A stretch of DNA of 64,000 bases from Macrostomum lignano (taxonomy: Eukaryota). This document shows, one piece after another, positions 1 through 10,200 of this stretch; the first letter of the stretch is position 1; every line of letters starts with the position of its first letter. The position numbers and the translations under genes are program-made. The notes beneath the pieces are model-generated. The model was given only the letters and a program-made list of their open reading frames with translations, had not been told where the DNA came from and did no database searches. The stretch is taken from the NCBI GenBank assembly GCA_002269645.1, contig NIVC01000571.1, forward strand, positions 434,001 to 498,000, written 5' to 3'.

Positions 1-800
1 GCAGGTGCGATGCCGCTCTCAGAGACTTGGTGACCCAGGTACGTGACGCTCCGGTAGGCAAAGAAGCTCTTGCCTGGGTTCAGCTTCAGCTTGGCAGACC
101 GCAGTCGATGCAGCACCTTGGACAGTGACTGAACGTGGTTCTCAAAGTCCCTGTTGAAGATGATCAAGTCATCAATGTACGCGATGACCTCCTCCCAGCT
201 CAGGCCGGTCATAATGAGCTCCATCATTCGCTGGTACGTCGCAGGCGCGTTGCACATGCCGAATCCCATTTTGCGGAATTGCATCAGGCCGCTCGGAGTG
301 TAGAACGCTGTCAACGGCCGATCCTCCTCTCTGACCTCCACCTGAAGGAAGCCTTGGCGCATGTCGATCGTAGAGAACCATGAGCAGCCAGCCAAGGAGT
401 CGAGCGCTTGGTGCAAATGCGGCAGCGGGTGGGCGTCCTTCACTGTGAGGTTGTTCAGCGCCCGCCAGTCTACACAGACTCGGATGTCATTATTCTTCTT
501 TCTGACGATTATCAGGTTGCTCGCCCACGGGCTGGTGGAGGGCTCGATGACGCCGTGTTGTCGCATCTGCTCCAGCTTCTCGTCCACTTGCCTCCTGAAG
601 GCGTGAGGCACCCGCCGAGGCCGTTGGCGAATCGGGCGAGCGCCGTCGTCCAGCTCAATCTTGTGCTGCGCTGCGCTGCTCGTACCAACGTCGAACTCAT
701 GGACTGAGACCACGTCGGCAAATGCCCTCAGCAGCATTGCTAAACGGTTGCTGTCCTCCTCCGGCAGCTCCGGATTGATGTTGAACTGGTCTGCGGGGCC
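1..800 (-). CDS. Gypsy pol, reverse transcriptase portion
   Basis: Manual minus-strand translation gives ...IEPSTSPWASNLIIVRKKNNDIRVCVDWRALN...KDAHPLP...FSTIDMRQGFLQV...MGFGMCNAPATYQRMM...VIAYIDDLIIF...VTYLGH. It is open to the window edge and absent from the ORF track because it has no start codon here. Confidence 0.95.
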
Positions 801-874
801 TTCTTCTTCTTTTCTTCTTCTTTTCTTCTTCCCTTTTGTCGCCGTGTGGCATGGGCAGTCTTCGGGGTCTCTCG

Positions 875-3800
875 TCAGCAGTCCTTGCAGGTGCGTAGGT
901 GGCGTGCCATGTTCGTCGCGGCGAGCGTGCGCCCACAACCTTCGCATTGTTTAGTTTTCGCTCGGTACTTCCTCTCACCTCCCGGGGACCGTGTCTCTTC
1001 CCGCGTTGTACCGCAGGTTTTGCGGTGTCTCGCTAGGTTTGATTTCGATATTTCTCGAGCACAGGTCGCGCATTTTACGCGGTTTCCTCCCACTTCTCTC
1101 TCTCCTCCGCAGACCTTTACGTGGTTTAACCACGTTGCCTCTTGTCTGAACTGCTTCTCGCATTTTACGCACTTGAACGTTACTGGTTCTTCTATCTTGC
1201 GGTGCATCCTCTTTTGGTGAATGGTCAGGCCTGCTTTGCTTTTGCACTCCTTTCCGCAGTCTTCGTATTCACATATGAATGTTCTTGTTTTCTCCTGTTT
1301 CTGTTTGTCGTTCCTTTCGATGTTCCTTGCTTCTGCCTTCTTTCCTTGTTGTTGTTCCCATCTCTTGAGGTGGCTTATGCGTTCTTGAACAATTTTACGC
1401 CATTTCTGGCGGTCGGTTGCTAGTCTCTCTGTCATTTCCGGCTCGATCCCTGCTTGGCGTAGTAGTCGCTTCCAATATTCGATGGTGTTACCTTTTCTCT
1501 TACGTGTTTTCCTTATCTTTTCCAGACCCTTGTACCATCCGAGAACCATCTTTTTCGTTAGGCGGTTCGCCTCCATGCGAAGCACATGTCCGATGCGGAT
1601 CAGGTGGCTCTTCTCAATCTTTGTTTGTATTGTCGTTACTTCTAGTTCATTGCGAATGTCCTGCATATTTATTCCTTTTGCCTCCATTTCCCTTAGTGGT
1701 TCCATTTTCCTGCTGCTCCATATCTGCCGGTAGATTCGGTCCATGAAGCTTTGTAGTTGCTTCGTTTCTGACTTCAGGAATGGGCGTATGTTCGCGTGGA
1801 ATAGCAGGATGCTCTCTATACAGGCTTCAACGACCTTCGCTTGCGTGGTCTTTTTCAACCTGCACTTGATGAAACGTCTACGGATCGTCGACCAGCATCT
1901 CGCCGCTTTTTGCAATCTCTGGCTCGTGTCGTACTTCGTGTCCGTCCATGATCCTAGCATGCGTACTTTTCCTCCCTCTCTGGTTCCGAATATCATTACC
2001 TCTTGCTTTTTGTCGTTCGTTTGTTCTTCGAATCCTGCCATTATTTCTTTCGTCGACTCTAGGCCCGCGCTGAGTTCCTTGCGGTTGCCTAGGATAGTGG
2101 TGTCGTCTGCAAATAGAACTGTCCTGATGAGTTCGGTTTTGGTCTCCGAGTTTGGCTGGTTTCTTCGCTGAGGTGGGAGTGAGCTTCCTGGGAGGTATGT
2201 CCATTCAATTCCACATATTTGCTCTTTCTCCTTTGCTGTTTGTGTTCTTTTCTCCTCAACTTCCCTGATGCATGCTTGGTGAAAGATATTAAATAGAACT
2301 GGGGATGTCGGGCATCCTTCGCGTAGTCCTCTTTCTGGCAACCACGATTCACTGGACTGTTTCTTTCCTTTCACTTTATACTCCGTGTATTCATGAAGGT
2401 CCTTCAATTTGTCAATCACTTTTTCCGGCAGGGCGTACTTCTGTAGTATCCCCAAAGTACCGGTTTGCTGACTCTGGGGTATGCTTTCCGGAGGTCTAGG
2501 AGAAATGCTAGTTGGTCTTCTTCGAGGTTGCAGTCTCCTACGGCGTTTTTCGCCTGGCGGTATTCTGTTATGTCTTCTTGTATACGGATGATTATCTGGG
2601 TGCTGTCTGCCGTTGATCGGTTGGCTCTAAAGCCATTCTGATTGTCGTCAAGCGCCCCGACTCGTTCTGCCCAGTCCCGTAACCTTGAGGCGATGATTCT
2701 TGCCAATATGCGACTTAGCATCGGCAGGAGGCACACTCCTCGGTAATTGTTAAGGTCGGTCCTGTCCCCTTTCTTAAAGAGTGGTATGATAAGGCCTACC
2801 TTCTCACTGGCTTCCCAGTGCCACGCTCGGTGTTCGTATAGATATCGGATTCTTTCCCGGACAGCTTCTCTAACTTCTTCGGGCCCTTCCTTAAGGTAGC
2901 GCAGGCGTACTTCGTCCTCTCCCGGGCTTTTGTCCCTCATTTCTTTGATTGCTCTATCGATCTCCGCGTCGCTCGGTGTGTCGCTGAGTTCTTTGTATTA
3001 TTCCTTGCTAATGGTTTTACTTCCCGCTGGGGTTTTGATGTTTCTAATGAGCTCTGCGATCTTCTCCGGTTCGTTCTCCATTCTTGTTTTCTGTATGTTT
3101 TCTAGGTGTTCCTTGAATTCTTGTTCGTCGATATTCGTGCCTCTTTCACTATTGTTGAAGGCCGTGCCTATTTTGTCTAGGAGTCGGAGTTTGTCGTATA
3201 CCAACGCTATTTGTCCTTTGTCTGCTGCGTTTCTACATTCGTCGGCCAGTTGATCCCACCACTGTTCTTCCCACTCCCTCACCGTGTTTTTTGGGTTTTT
3301 CATGTTTTTCTCAGCGCCTCTTCTGCTCTCTTCGTCTGCTCGCTTCTCGGGCCGTGGGTTTCCCTGGCCCTGTTCCTCTGTTGGAGTATTACAGCCAATT
3401 CTTCGTGCAGCCTCTTTAGGTCGTTTTCGTGGGATGACATCCACGGATTTGTTTGTCGGTTCGCTGGTCCGCAAATCGACTTTGCACTCTCCACGATTAT
3501 TCTTTGCACTTCTGTCCATGGTGCTTGTTCTCTTTCCTCCTTGTTCTCCTTCCACGTTTGCATTCTTCTTTCCACCTCTTTTTTGAATTTCGTTGCGTTC
3601 TCTTCGTCATAGAGCTTCTTCCAGTTGATGCCTTGATTACTTCTCCTGTACAGTCTTTTTGCGTTCGGTCTTTTTCCTGTGTCGGCTACGCCCCTGATTA
3701 TTAATGTCTTTGGGATGTGGTCGGACAGTGCACAGCCGTTGTGATTTTTTATTGATTTTATGATTTTATTACGGTCCTCTGCTCTTGTCGCGAATCCATC

Positions 3801-4745
3801 AATTTCGTACCATCTTCCGTTACTTGGGTTCTGCCATGTCCCTCGTCGTTTTTGGTGGTAGAACGAGTTTACCCATGCGAGGTCGTTGGATGTCAACCAG
3901 TTCACTAGGTCTTCTCCCTGCTTATTTGTTGTCTCCAAGCCAAATTTCCCTCTGTTTGATGTTGGTTTTTCTGAGTTTTTGCCAATCTGAGCATTGAAAT
4001 CTCCTCCTATAATCAGTGGTCTTGGTGTCTTATCCACATGGATGTACCGTTCAATCTCATGTCGGAGTGCAGCCAGCTCTGTTTCGTATTGTTGACTGCC
4101 CATGACCGGACTATAGATGCTGATGATTGATAACTTGTAGATTTCAAGCATAACCGCTCTCTCGCACCTCGTTACCTTTGCTCCGCTCTCTCTCCAGATG
4201 GTGTGCCATTCGTCATTGAGTACAATTCCCGCTTTCCTGCTGTGAATCAGGTGGACATTCTTTCCTTTTTGGTGGTAGCTTCTTATTCCATCGTCTGGTG
4301 CTCTAAGTTCTGAGATTAGAGTGATTTGCCAGTTCTCTGTCATTATTTTCTTCGTTATCTCTCCGAAGCGTCTGTCCAGGATGTTAGCTCTCTGCACGTT
4401 CCATGTTGTGATTCGAGTCTCCTCTTCAAGTCTCTTCTGTCTGCGGTTCTTCTCGTTTTGCTTCCTTCTTGTCCTTCTTTCTTTCCGTCTTTCATTTCTC
4501 CTCTTCTTCCATTCACTTGTCTTTTTTTTTGGTTTGCGCTCGTTTTTATTCGTTTTTGTTTGTTTTTTAGGTGCTTCCTGTGCTCTCGGTCCCGGATTCT
4601 TTTCAATAGTTCTTAGTCTTATTCTTATTATTTCTGCAAGGTGTCTCTTCTTCTTCTTGATGTTGGTCCTGCTTGTTCTCTTTCTCTTCTCATCCCCGTC
4701 TCGACTGTGGTTGGCCTGGTGTTGTGCGGCAGCTAGGTCGGCCAT
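875..4745 (-). pseudogene. RTE ORF (~1,290 aa when joined): basic leader, 2A-like motif, AP endonuclease, RT, four zinc fingers
   Basis: APE motifs TTWNVQ, LISEL, IYSP, GGDFNAQIG, IDGF, SDH. RT motifs NYRGVCLL, QNGFR, DLRKAY, GLREGCPTSPVLFN, LFADD. Broken by homopolymer frameshifts at ~3305-3309 and ~2450-2453 and an in-frame TAA at 2998-3000. Confidence 0.9.
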
Positions 4746-4825
4746 GGCTACCTGCCGTTGCTGAAAAGGGCCGGTTGCACAGTTCCGACTTGCGTCGTGG
4801 GCTGGGCTCCGTGCCGGATTCCCTC

Positions 4826-4902
4826 TGTGTCTTCTTTGCCAGGATGCGTGACCGCATCCTGTCCGCTTGCCACCTCGGGAAGGTGAGACACAATCGGTAA
4901 GC
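4826..4902 (-). ncRNA. HDV-like self-cleaving ribozyme fold at the RTE 5' end
   Basis: GCTTACC-GATT-GTGTCTC-ACC-TTCCCGA-GGT-GGCAAGC-GG-A-CAGGATGCG-GTCA-CGCATCCTG-GCAAA-GAAGACACA. P1 has 6/7 pairs; P2, P3, L3, P1.1 GG, a 9-bp P4 and J4/2 GCAAA are in HDV order. G1 coincides with the insertion junction. Confidence 0.85.
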
Positions 4903-5694
4903 TGCGGGGCCTCGCCACTCGTGCACGTCCTCGTCCTCGTCGATAACCTCCGCGCTCTCGAAGGTGCCGATGCTCTGGTTGGAGAACAGCGTGACCGGGC
5001 TGCAGCTGAGGTTGCACACCTGAACCGGAATCTTGCCGCTCTCTGAAGACACCGCGAACACGTGGCCGGGCAGCACTCCGATTCTGTCGATGAACTCCTG
5101 TGACGGCTCGAAGATGCCATGTGCCTGCTTGGTCTCGGTCGTCACGTCCACCACTTTAACTGACCTTGGCGGTACCACGACGGCGCCCTGAACTCTGGCG
5201 ATGATCACTGTGGGTACCAAGCAACAAGACAGCGGGCCATCTTGCTTGGAATCGCAGTTACTGAACGGAACCGCCTCACCATCAAATGCGACTGTCTTGG
5301 CACCCTGGTCGATGCTGAACTGCGATCTGGCCGCCTTGCTCACGAAATCCATCCCCAGGATGAAGTTTGGGCGAATCCCTCTGACCACCAGCACGTCCAT
5401 TTGTCTGCGCAGCTGATGACTGAGTCGCACCGTAATGCTCACGCTTCCTAACAGCTCGAGAACGGAGCCGTCCACGGACACAGGCCTGACATCTGCCGGC
5501 TTCAGCTCGCAGCGACAATCCAGCTCTCTCAAAGCAACGTCGCTGATCAGCGAGGTCTGCGCTCTGGTGTCCAGCAGCCAGCGGCACGGCTTGCCGTTTG
5601 CCTCTCCAGGTATAAAAATAGCATGAAGCACGGGATTGCTCCTTGGGGTTGGTGTGGGTCCCGCACCCGTTGCACCAACCCTTAAAAGTTTCCC
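4902..5694 (-). CDS. Gypsy pol N-terminal part (aspartic protease)
   Basis: WLLDTRAQTSLIS protease-like motif and FILGMDFV flap region. It joins in frame to the RT once the RTE insert and one TSD copy are removed (EWRGPA|DQFNINP). Confidence 0.85.
5628..5694 (-). promoter_or_regulatory. -1 ribosomal frameshift signal (gag-pol)
   Basis: Slippery GGGAAAC at 5688-5694 just before the gag stop, 6-nt spacer, then a perfect 9-bp stem GGGTTGGTG/CACCAACCC. Pol is in the -1 frame. Confidence 0.85.
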
Positions 5695-6503
5695 GGAGCC
5701 TTCGATGGGCAGACAGAGGCCTTGTGCCCCCGCCCAGAGCACTTGTGGCAGATGATCGGACCCGGCTGTTTCTCTCGCTGCTGACATTGCGCTGCACGGT
5801 GTCCGAGCTGGCCGCAGTTGAAGCAGCCGCCTCCTCGCTGTTGACGGCGACGCCGAGTGTCGGTACCCGACTGTACGCTGACCCTCGCGATGAGCTCCTC
5901 CATGCGTTTCTCCAGTCGGTCCAGGCGGTCCTCGCTTGGTTCTGCCGATGATGTAGCGCTGACGGCTCCGACTGCCGCCACCGACTGTCGCCCAGCCAGC
6001 TCCTCCAGCCGAGCCGCCCGCTTCAGCAGAGTCTCCAGGCTGCAGGTCTCTGCGTCCTCTGCCTTAAGCAGGTTGTCACGAATGTCGGCCTTGAGCAGCT
6101 GCAGAAGCTTGAAGCGCACATCTCGGTCTCGCTGAGCAATTGAGTCCTCCGGTCTGGCTTTCTGGTGTAGCAGCTTCAGGTTAAAGCAGAGCTCACGCAG
6201 TGTCTCGGCATCTCCACGTTTCCTTGCGTAGAAGTCGCTCATGGCCTTAAAGCTGTCGGCTTCGCCTCCATAAAACTTTGTGAGGTCCTCCTTTATACTT
6301 TTAAAACTTTTTTGTCTTGTCTCGGCCAGGTCCCAGACGACAAGTTGGGCTTCTCCCGTGAGCAGCAGCTTCACCTTCGACGCTGAGGTCGCGTCGTCCC
6401 ATTTTGCATCGTTGGCGAATTCCTCAAAGATGCGCAGCCACTTTCTCACGTCAGTGCCGTCTGTTCCACTGAACTTTGGCGGTAGAAGAGTGTTCTGGGC
6501 CAT
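5682..6503 (-). CDS. Gypsy gag
   Basis: MAQNTLLPPKFSGTDGTDVRKWLRIFEE... (retrotransposon capsid-like); CFNCGQLGHRAAQC and CHKCSGRGHKASVC zinc knuckles. Confidence 0.92.
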   Translation of the reverse strand: MAQNTLLPPKFSGTDGTDVRKWLRIFEEFANDAKWDDATSASKVKLLLTGEAQLVVWDLAETRQKSFKSIKEDLTKFYGGEADSFKAMSDFYARKRGDAETLRELCFNLKLLHQKARPEDSIAQRDRDVRFKLLQLLKADIRDNLLKAEDAETCSLETLLKRAARLEELAGRQSVAAVGAVSATSSAEPSEDRLDRLEKRMEELIARVSVQSGTDTRRRRQQRGGGCFNCGQLGHRAAQCQQREKQPGPIICHKCSGRGHKASVCPSKAPGNF

Positions 6504-6525
6504 GAGTGCACTTGCACTGGGTTCT

Positions 6526-6536
6526 CGCTGCCACCA
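6526..6536 (-). promoter_or_regulatory. Primer binding site (tRNA-Leu-like)
   Basis: TGGTGGCAGCG lies 1 nt after the LTR end and is complementary to the 3' end (...CGCUGCCACCA) of metazoan tRNA-Leu. Confidence 0.8.
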
Positions 6537-6537
6537 A

Positions 6538-6747
6538 TGTAAGAGCCGAGAATTTAGAGTAAGTTTACGAAGTATATTTTGATGCACGATAATTTACGAG
6601 CGATTAAATAGTCAGCGATGATAGATCGATTAAAGTGACTCCCCCAACTGGGGTGGTGGGTATGTACAGAGAAGAAAGCGAGATGCAAGTACATATACTA
6701 ATAGAGCAGCCCCCACCCCGACGGCCCAAACCAAACGCAACCCTACA
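6538..6747 (-). repeat. Gypsy 5' LTR (210 bp)
   Basis: Bounded by TGTA...TACA and followed directly by the PBS. The partner LTR is outside the window. Confidence 0.8.
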
Positions 6748-7230
6748 ATTGAATAAGGTCATTGAGCATTGGATGAGGTCAGTAAGCATTGGATGTGGTC
6801 ATTGAGCATTGGATGTGGTCATTGAGCATTGAATGTGGTCCTTGAGCATTGGATGTGGTCATTGAGCATTGGATGAAGTCATTGAACATTGGATGTGGTC
6901 ATTGAGCATTGGATGTGGTCATTGAGCATTGGATGTGGTCATTGAGCATTGAATAAGGTCATTGAGCATTGGATGTGGTCATTGAGCATTGGATGAAGTC
7001 ATTGAACATTGAATGTGGTCATTGAGCATTGGATGTGGTCATTGAGCATTGGATGTGGTCATTGAGCATTGGATGTGGTCATTGAGCATTGGATGAAGTT
7101 ATTGAATATTGGATGTGGTCATTGAGCATTGAATGTGGTCATTGAGCATTGGATGTGGTCATTGAGCATTGGATGTGGTCATTGAACATTGGATGTGGTC
7201 ATTGAGCATTGGATATGGTCATTGAGAATT
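6748..7230. repeat. 20-bp minisatellite (ATTGAGCATTGGATGTGGTC)n
   Basis: About 24 tandem copies. Confidence 0.95.
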
Positions 7231-7252
7231 GGCTGCCGTCATTAGGTCTCAC

Positions 7253-10200
7253 CGGACTTCCAGCTCGTCAGCCAGCAGGCAGTCTTGGCGGAACGTGGCG
7301 CCCAGTCGGACAGGGCTTTGCGGCAGCGGTGCCTCCGAAGTTGTAAGAAAGGCGGAGAACTTCAAAAGGGTGGCGGTGGCGGTAAAGCTGAAGTGGACAG
7401 ACACTGAAAGACAGCAGCAGCCCATCCCCAGACACAGCAACCCTCACAGACACAGCAGTCCTTACAGACACAGCAGTCCTCACCGACACAGCAGTCCTTA
7501 CAGACATAGCAGGCCTCACAGACACAGCAGCAACCCCCCAGAAGACAGCAGCGCTCACCAAAAGCAGAGTCGCGTCTCCTTCCGCCCGGATCTCGGCGGT
7601 CACTTCGTTGATTTCGGGCAGCCGCAGCATCTCGCCGATGTCCACAGGGCAGCCGGCCTCGGCGGCGCAGAACTGCAGCGCCACGGAGCTGCGGACGGGC
7701 TCGGTTGTGGGGGCCGTCAGGGTGACGTTGAGCACCGGCAGCCTGTCGGCAAAGCCGGAGCCTTTCTGGCGCACCATGGCGAAGGCGCGGTAGCGAGTGG
7801 GGGCAGCGGAGTCGGCCGAGTCAGCAAACCGGAGACTGACGGTCGCCGCCGCGCCCGCCGACAGCTCCAGCGGCTGCCCAGGCGGAGGCGGCGGAGGCGG
7901 CGGCTGCCCGCCATCGGCGACTGGGCGCGGCTGGCCGGCAGCTGCCTGCGGCGCCTCCCAGGCCGGAGCGATGGCGGCGCGGGGGCGGCCGGTGCCGGCG
8001 ACGCCTGGCAGGCGGTAGCGGGCGATGCGGGACTCCAGCATCCGCGGCGACCAGCGGCTCGGCGGAATGGTGTACACGGCTCTCTGCGGTGCGGGGAGGC
8101 GGCTGCAACTGATTTGTGCGATCACACTGTCACACAGCACTGTCACACAGTAGTGCCATAGCCTCAGCACTGTCACACACCACTGTCACACAGCACTGTC
8201 ACACAGTAGTGCCACAGCCTCAGCACTGTCACACACCACTGTCACACAGCACTGTCACACAGTAGTGCCATAGCCTCAGCACTGTCACACACCACTGTCA
8301 CACAGCACTGTCACACAGTAGTGCCATAGCCTCAGCACTGTCACACAGCACTGTCACACAGTAGTGCCATAGCCTCAGCACTGTCACACACCACTGTCAC
8401 ACAGCACTGTCACACAGTAGTGCCATAGCCTCAGCACTGTCACACAGCACTGTCACACAGTAGTGCCATAGCCTCAGCACTGTCACATAGCACTGTCACA
8501 CAGTAGTGTCATAGCCTCAACACTGTCACACAGCACTGTCACACAGTAGTGCCATAGCCTCAGCACTGTCACACAGCACTGTCACACAGTAGTGCCATAG
8601 TCTCAGCACTGTCACACAGCACTGTCACACAGTAGTGCCATAGTCTCAGCACTGTCACACAGCACTGTCACACAGTAGTGCCATAGTCTCAGCACTGTCA
8701 GACAGCACTGTCACACAGCACTGTCACACAGCACTGTCACACAGTAGTGCCATAGCCTCAGCACTGTCACACAGCACTGTCACACAGCACTGTCACACAG
8801 CACTGTCACACAGCACTGTCACACAGGCGGCCTCACTAGGCTGAGCCCGGGCCCAGACAGCAGCTGCAGGCGGATCTCCGTGTCGGCCGCCTTCAGCGCC
8901 AGCTCTGCCGGCAGGCCGGGGGCGCTGCTTCTCTTGGCGGGGTGCCGGCAGGGCTTGGAGTTCGGGCACGCGGGCAGCTGGAACTCCAGGCTGTTGTCGC
9001 CCACCCGCAGGACCACTGTGTGGCCTCCAGGCCCGTCGCTGACGAAGTCCAGCAGCAGGAAGCGGCCCCCAGGGCGGGTAACGCTCAGCGCCAGGACGAC
9101 TTCCGAGTCCGCCGTCAGAAACCGCTGCTCGGCTGAGGACTCCTGCAGGATGCGCGTGTGGGAATGTCCAGGATTAGTCACCGTTCAGGGCTGAGGACAG
9201 CATGAGGGCTACAGCAAGAGGGCTAAGGCCGGAGGGCTAAGGCCTGAGGGCTAAGGCCTGAGGGCTACGGCCTGAGGGCTACGGCCTGAGGGCTACGGCC
9301 TGAGGGCTACGGCCTGAGGGCTACGGCCTGAGGGCTACGGCCTGAGGGCTACGGCCTGAGGGCTACGGCCTGAGGGCTACGGCCTGAGGGCTACGGCCTG
9401 AGGGCTACGGCCTGAGGGCTACGGCCTGAGGGCTACGGCCTGAGGGCTACGGCCTGAGGGCTACGGCCTGAGGGCTACGGCCTGAGGGCTACAGCATGAG
9501 GGCTACGGCCTGAGGGCTACGGCCTGAGGGCTACGGCCTGAGGGCTACGGCCTGAGGGCTACAGCATGAGGGCTATGGCCTGAGGGCTACAGCATGAGGG
9601 CTACGGCCTGAGGGCTACGGCCTGAGGGCTACTGTCTGAGGGCTTGCTACTTTCCAGTTTGCGCAGTTTCTATGAGGTTCTGGAAGCACCCTATCGAATC
9701 CCGTGCAGCCTCACCAGCCTGAACTTGTCGTCCAGCATGGGCAGCTCGAACTCCGAGCAGACAACGAAGTCGTTGGCGGCTGAACTCGGGCAGGGCGGCG
9801 GGCTGACAGCCGCGCAGGCCTGGCCGGTCAGCAGCTCGGCCGGCGTCAGCTCCAGCCAGTCGATCAGCAGCGCCTCCTGGGCGAGGCGGCCGTCGGGGTC
9901 GGCCAGCTCCAGCCGCAGCGTGAGGTTCCCGGCGTCCGGCAGCTCCACGGTGGCCGTGGAGGCGGCGCCGGCATCGGCGGGAGCTCCGACGGGCACGCTG
10001 GCCAGCTGCCGGCCGCCGACCGCGGACACACGCAGGGCGAAGCCGGCGGCGGTGTCGTTGGCGCCGGCGGGCTGGAAGCCGGCTGCCAGGTAGCGGATGG
10101 CGAGGCGCTGCGGCCCCGGCCCTGGGCTGACGGTCGCGAGTTCGAGCTCCACGGCAGGCTGCGGCTTGTCGAGCGGCACGTAGCCGAGGTAGGAGAAGCC

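Larger units (their letters stand above)
801..4902 (-). mobile_element. Full-length RTE-clade-like non-LTR retrotransposon (APE-RT-zinc fingers)
   Basis: TSD CTGCGGGGCC(T) at 791-800/801 and 4902-4911/4912; (GAA)-rich 3' tail at 801-830; single long ORF; RTE-type C-terminal motifs IGHVLRM and ATDRQKWR. Confidence 0.92.
1..6747 (-). mobile_element. Ty3/Gypsy LTR retrotransposon (5' LTR, PBS, gag, pol; interrupted by an RTE insertion; continues off the left edge)
   Basis: LTR TG...CA at 6538-6747, PBS, gag with two CCHC knuckles, aspartic protease, RT with YIDD. It lies in what appears to be a laminin intron, next to a 20-bp minisatellite. Confidence 0.95.

Noticed and set aside
4903-5120. N-terminal extension of the 606-aa ORF (3300-5120)
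   Set aside because: Upstream of the TSD the sequence is Gypsy pol read in another frame and fortuitously fused to the RTE ORF.
6504-6587. Gag start at 6587
   Set aside because: It lies inside the LTR/PBS; the ATG at 6503 after the PBS is the plausible start.
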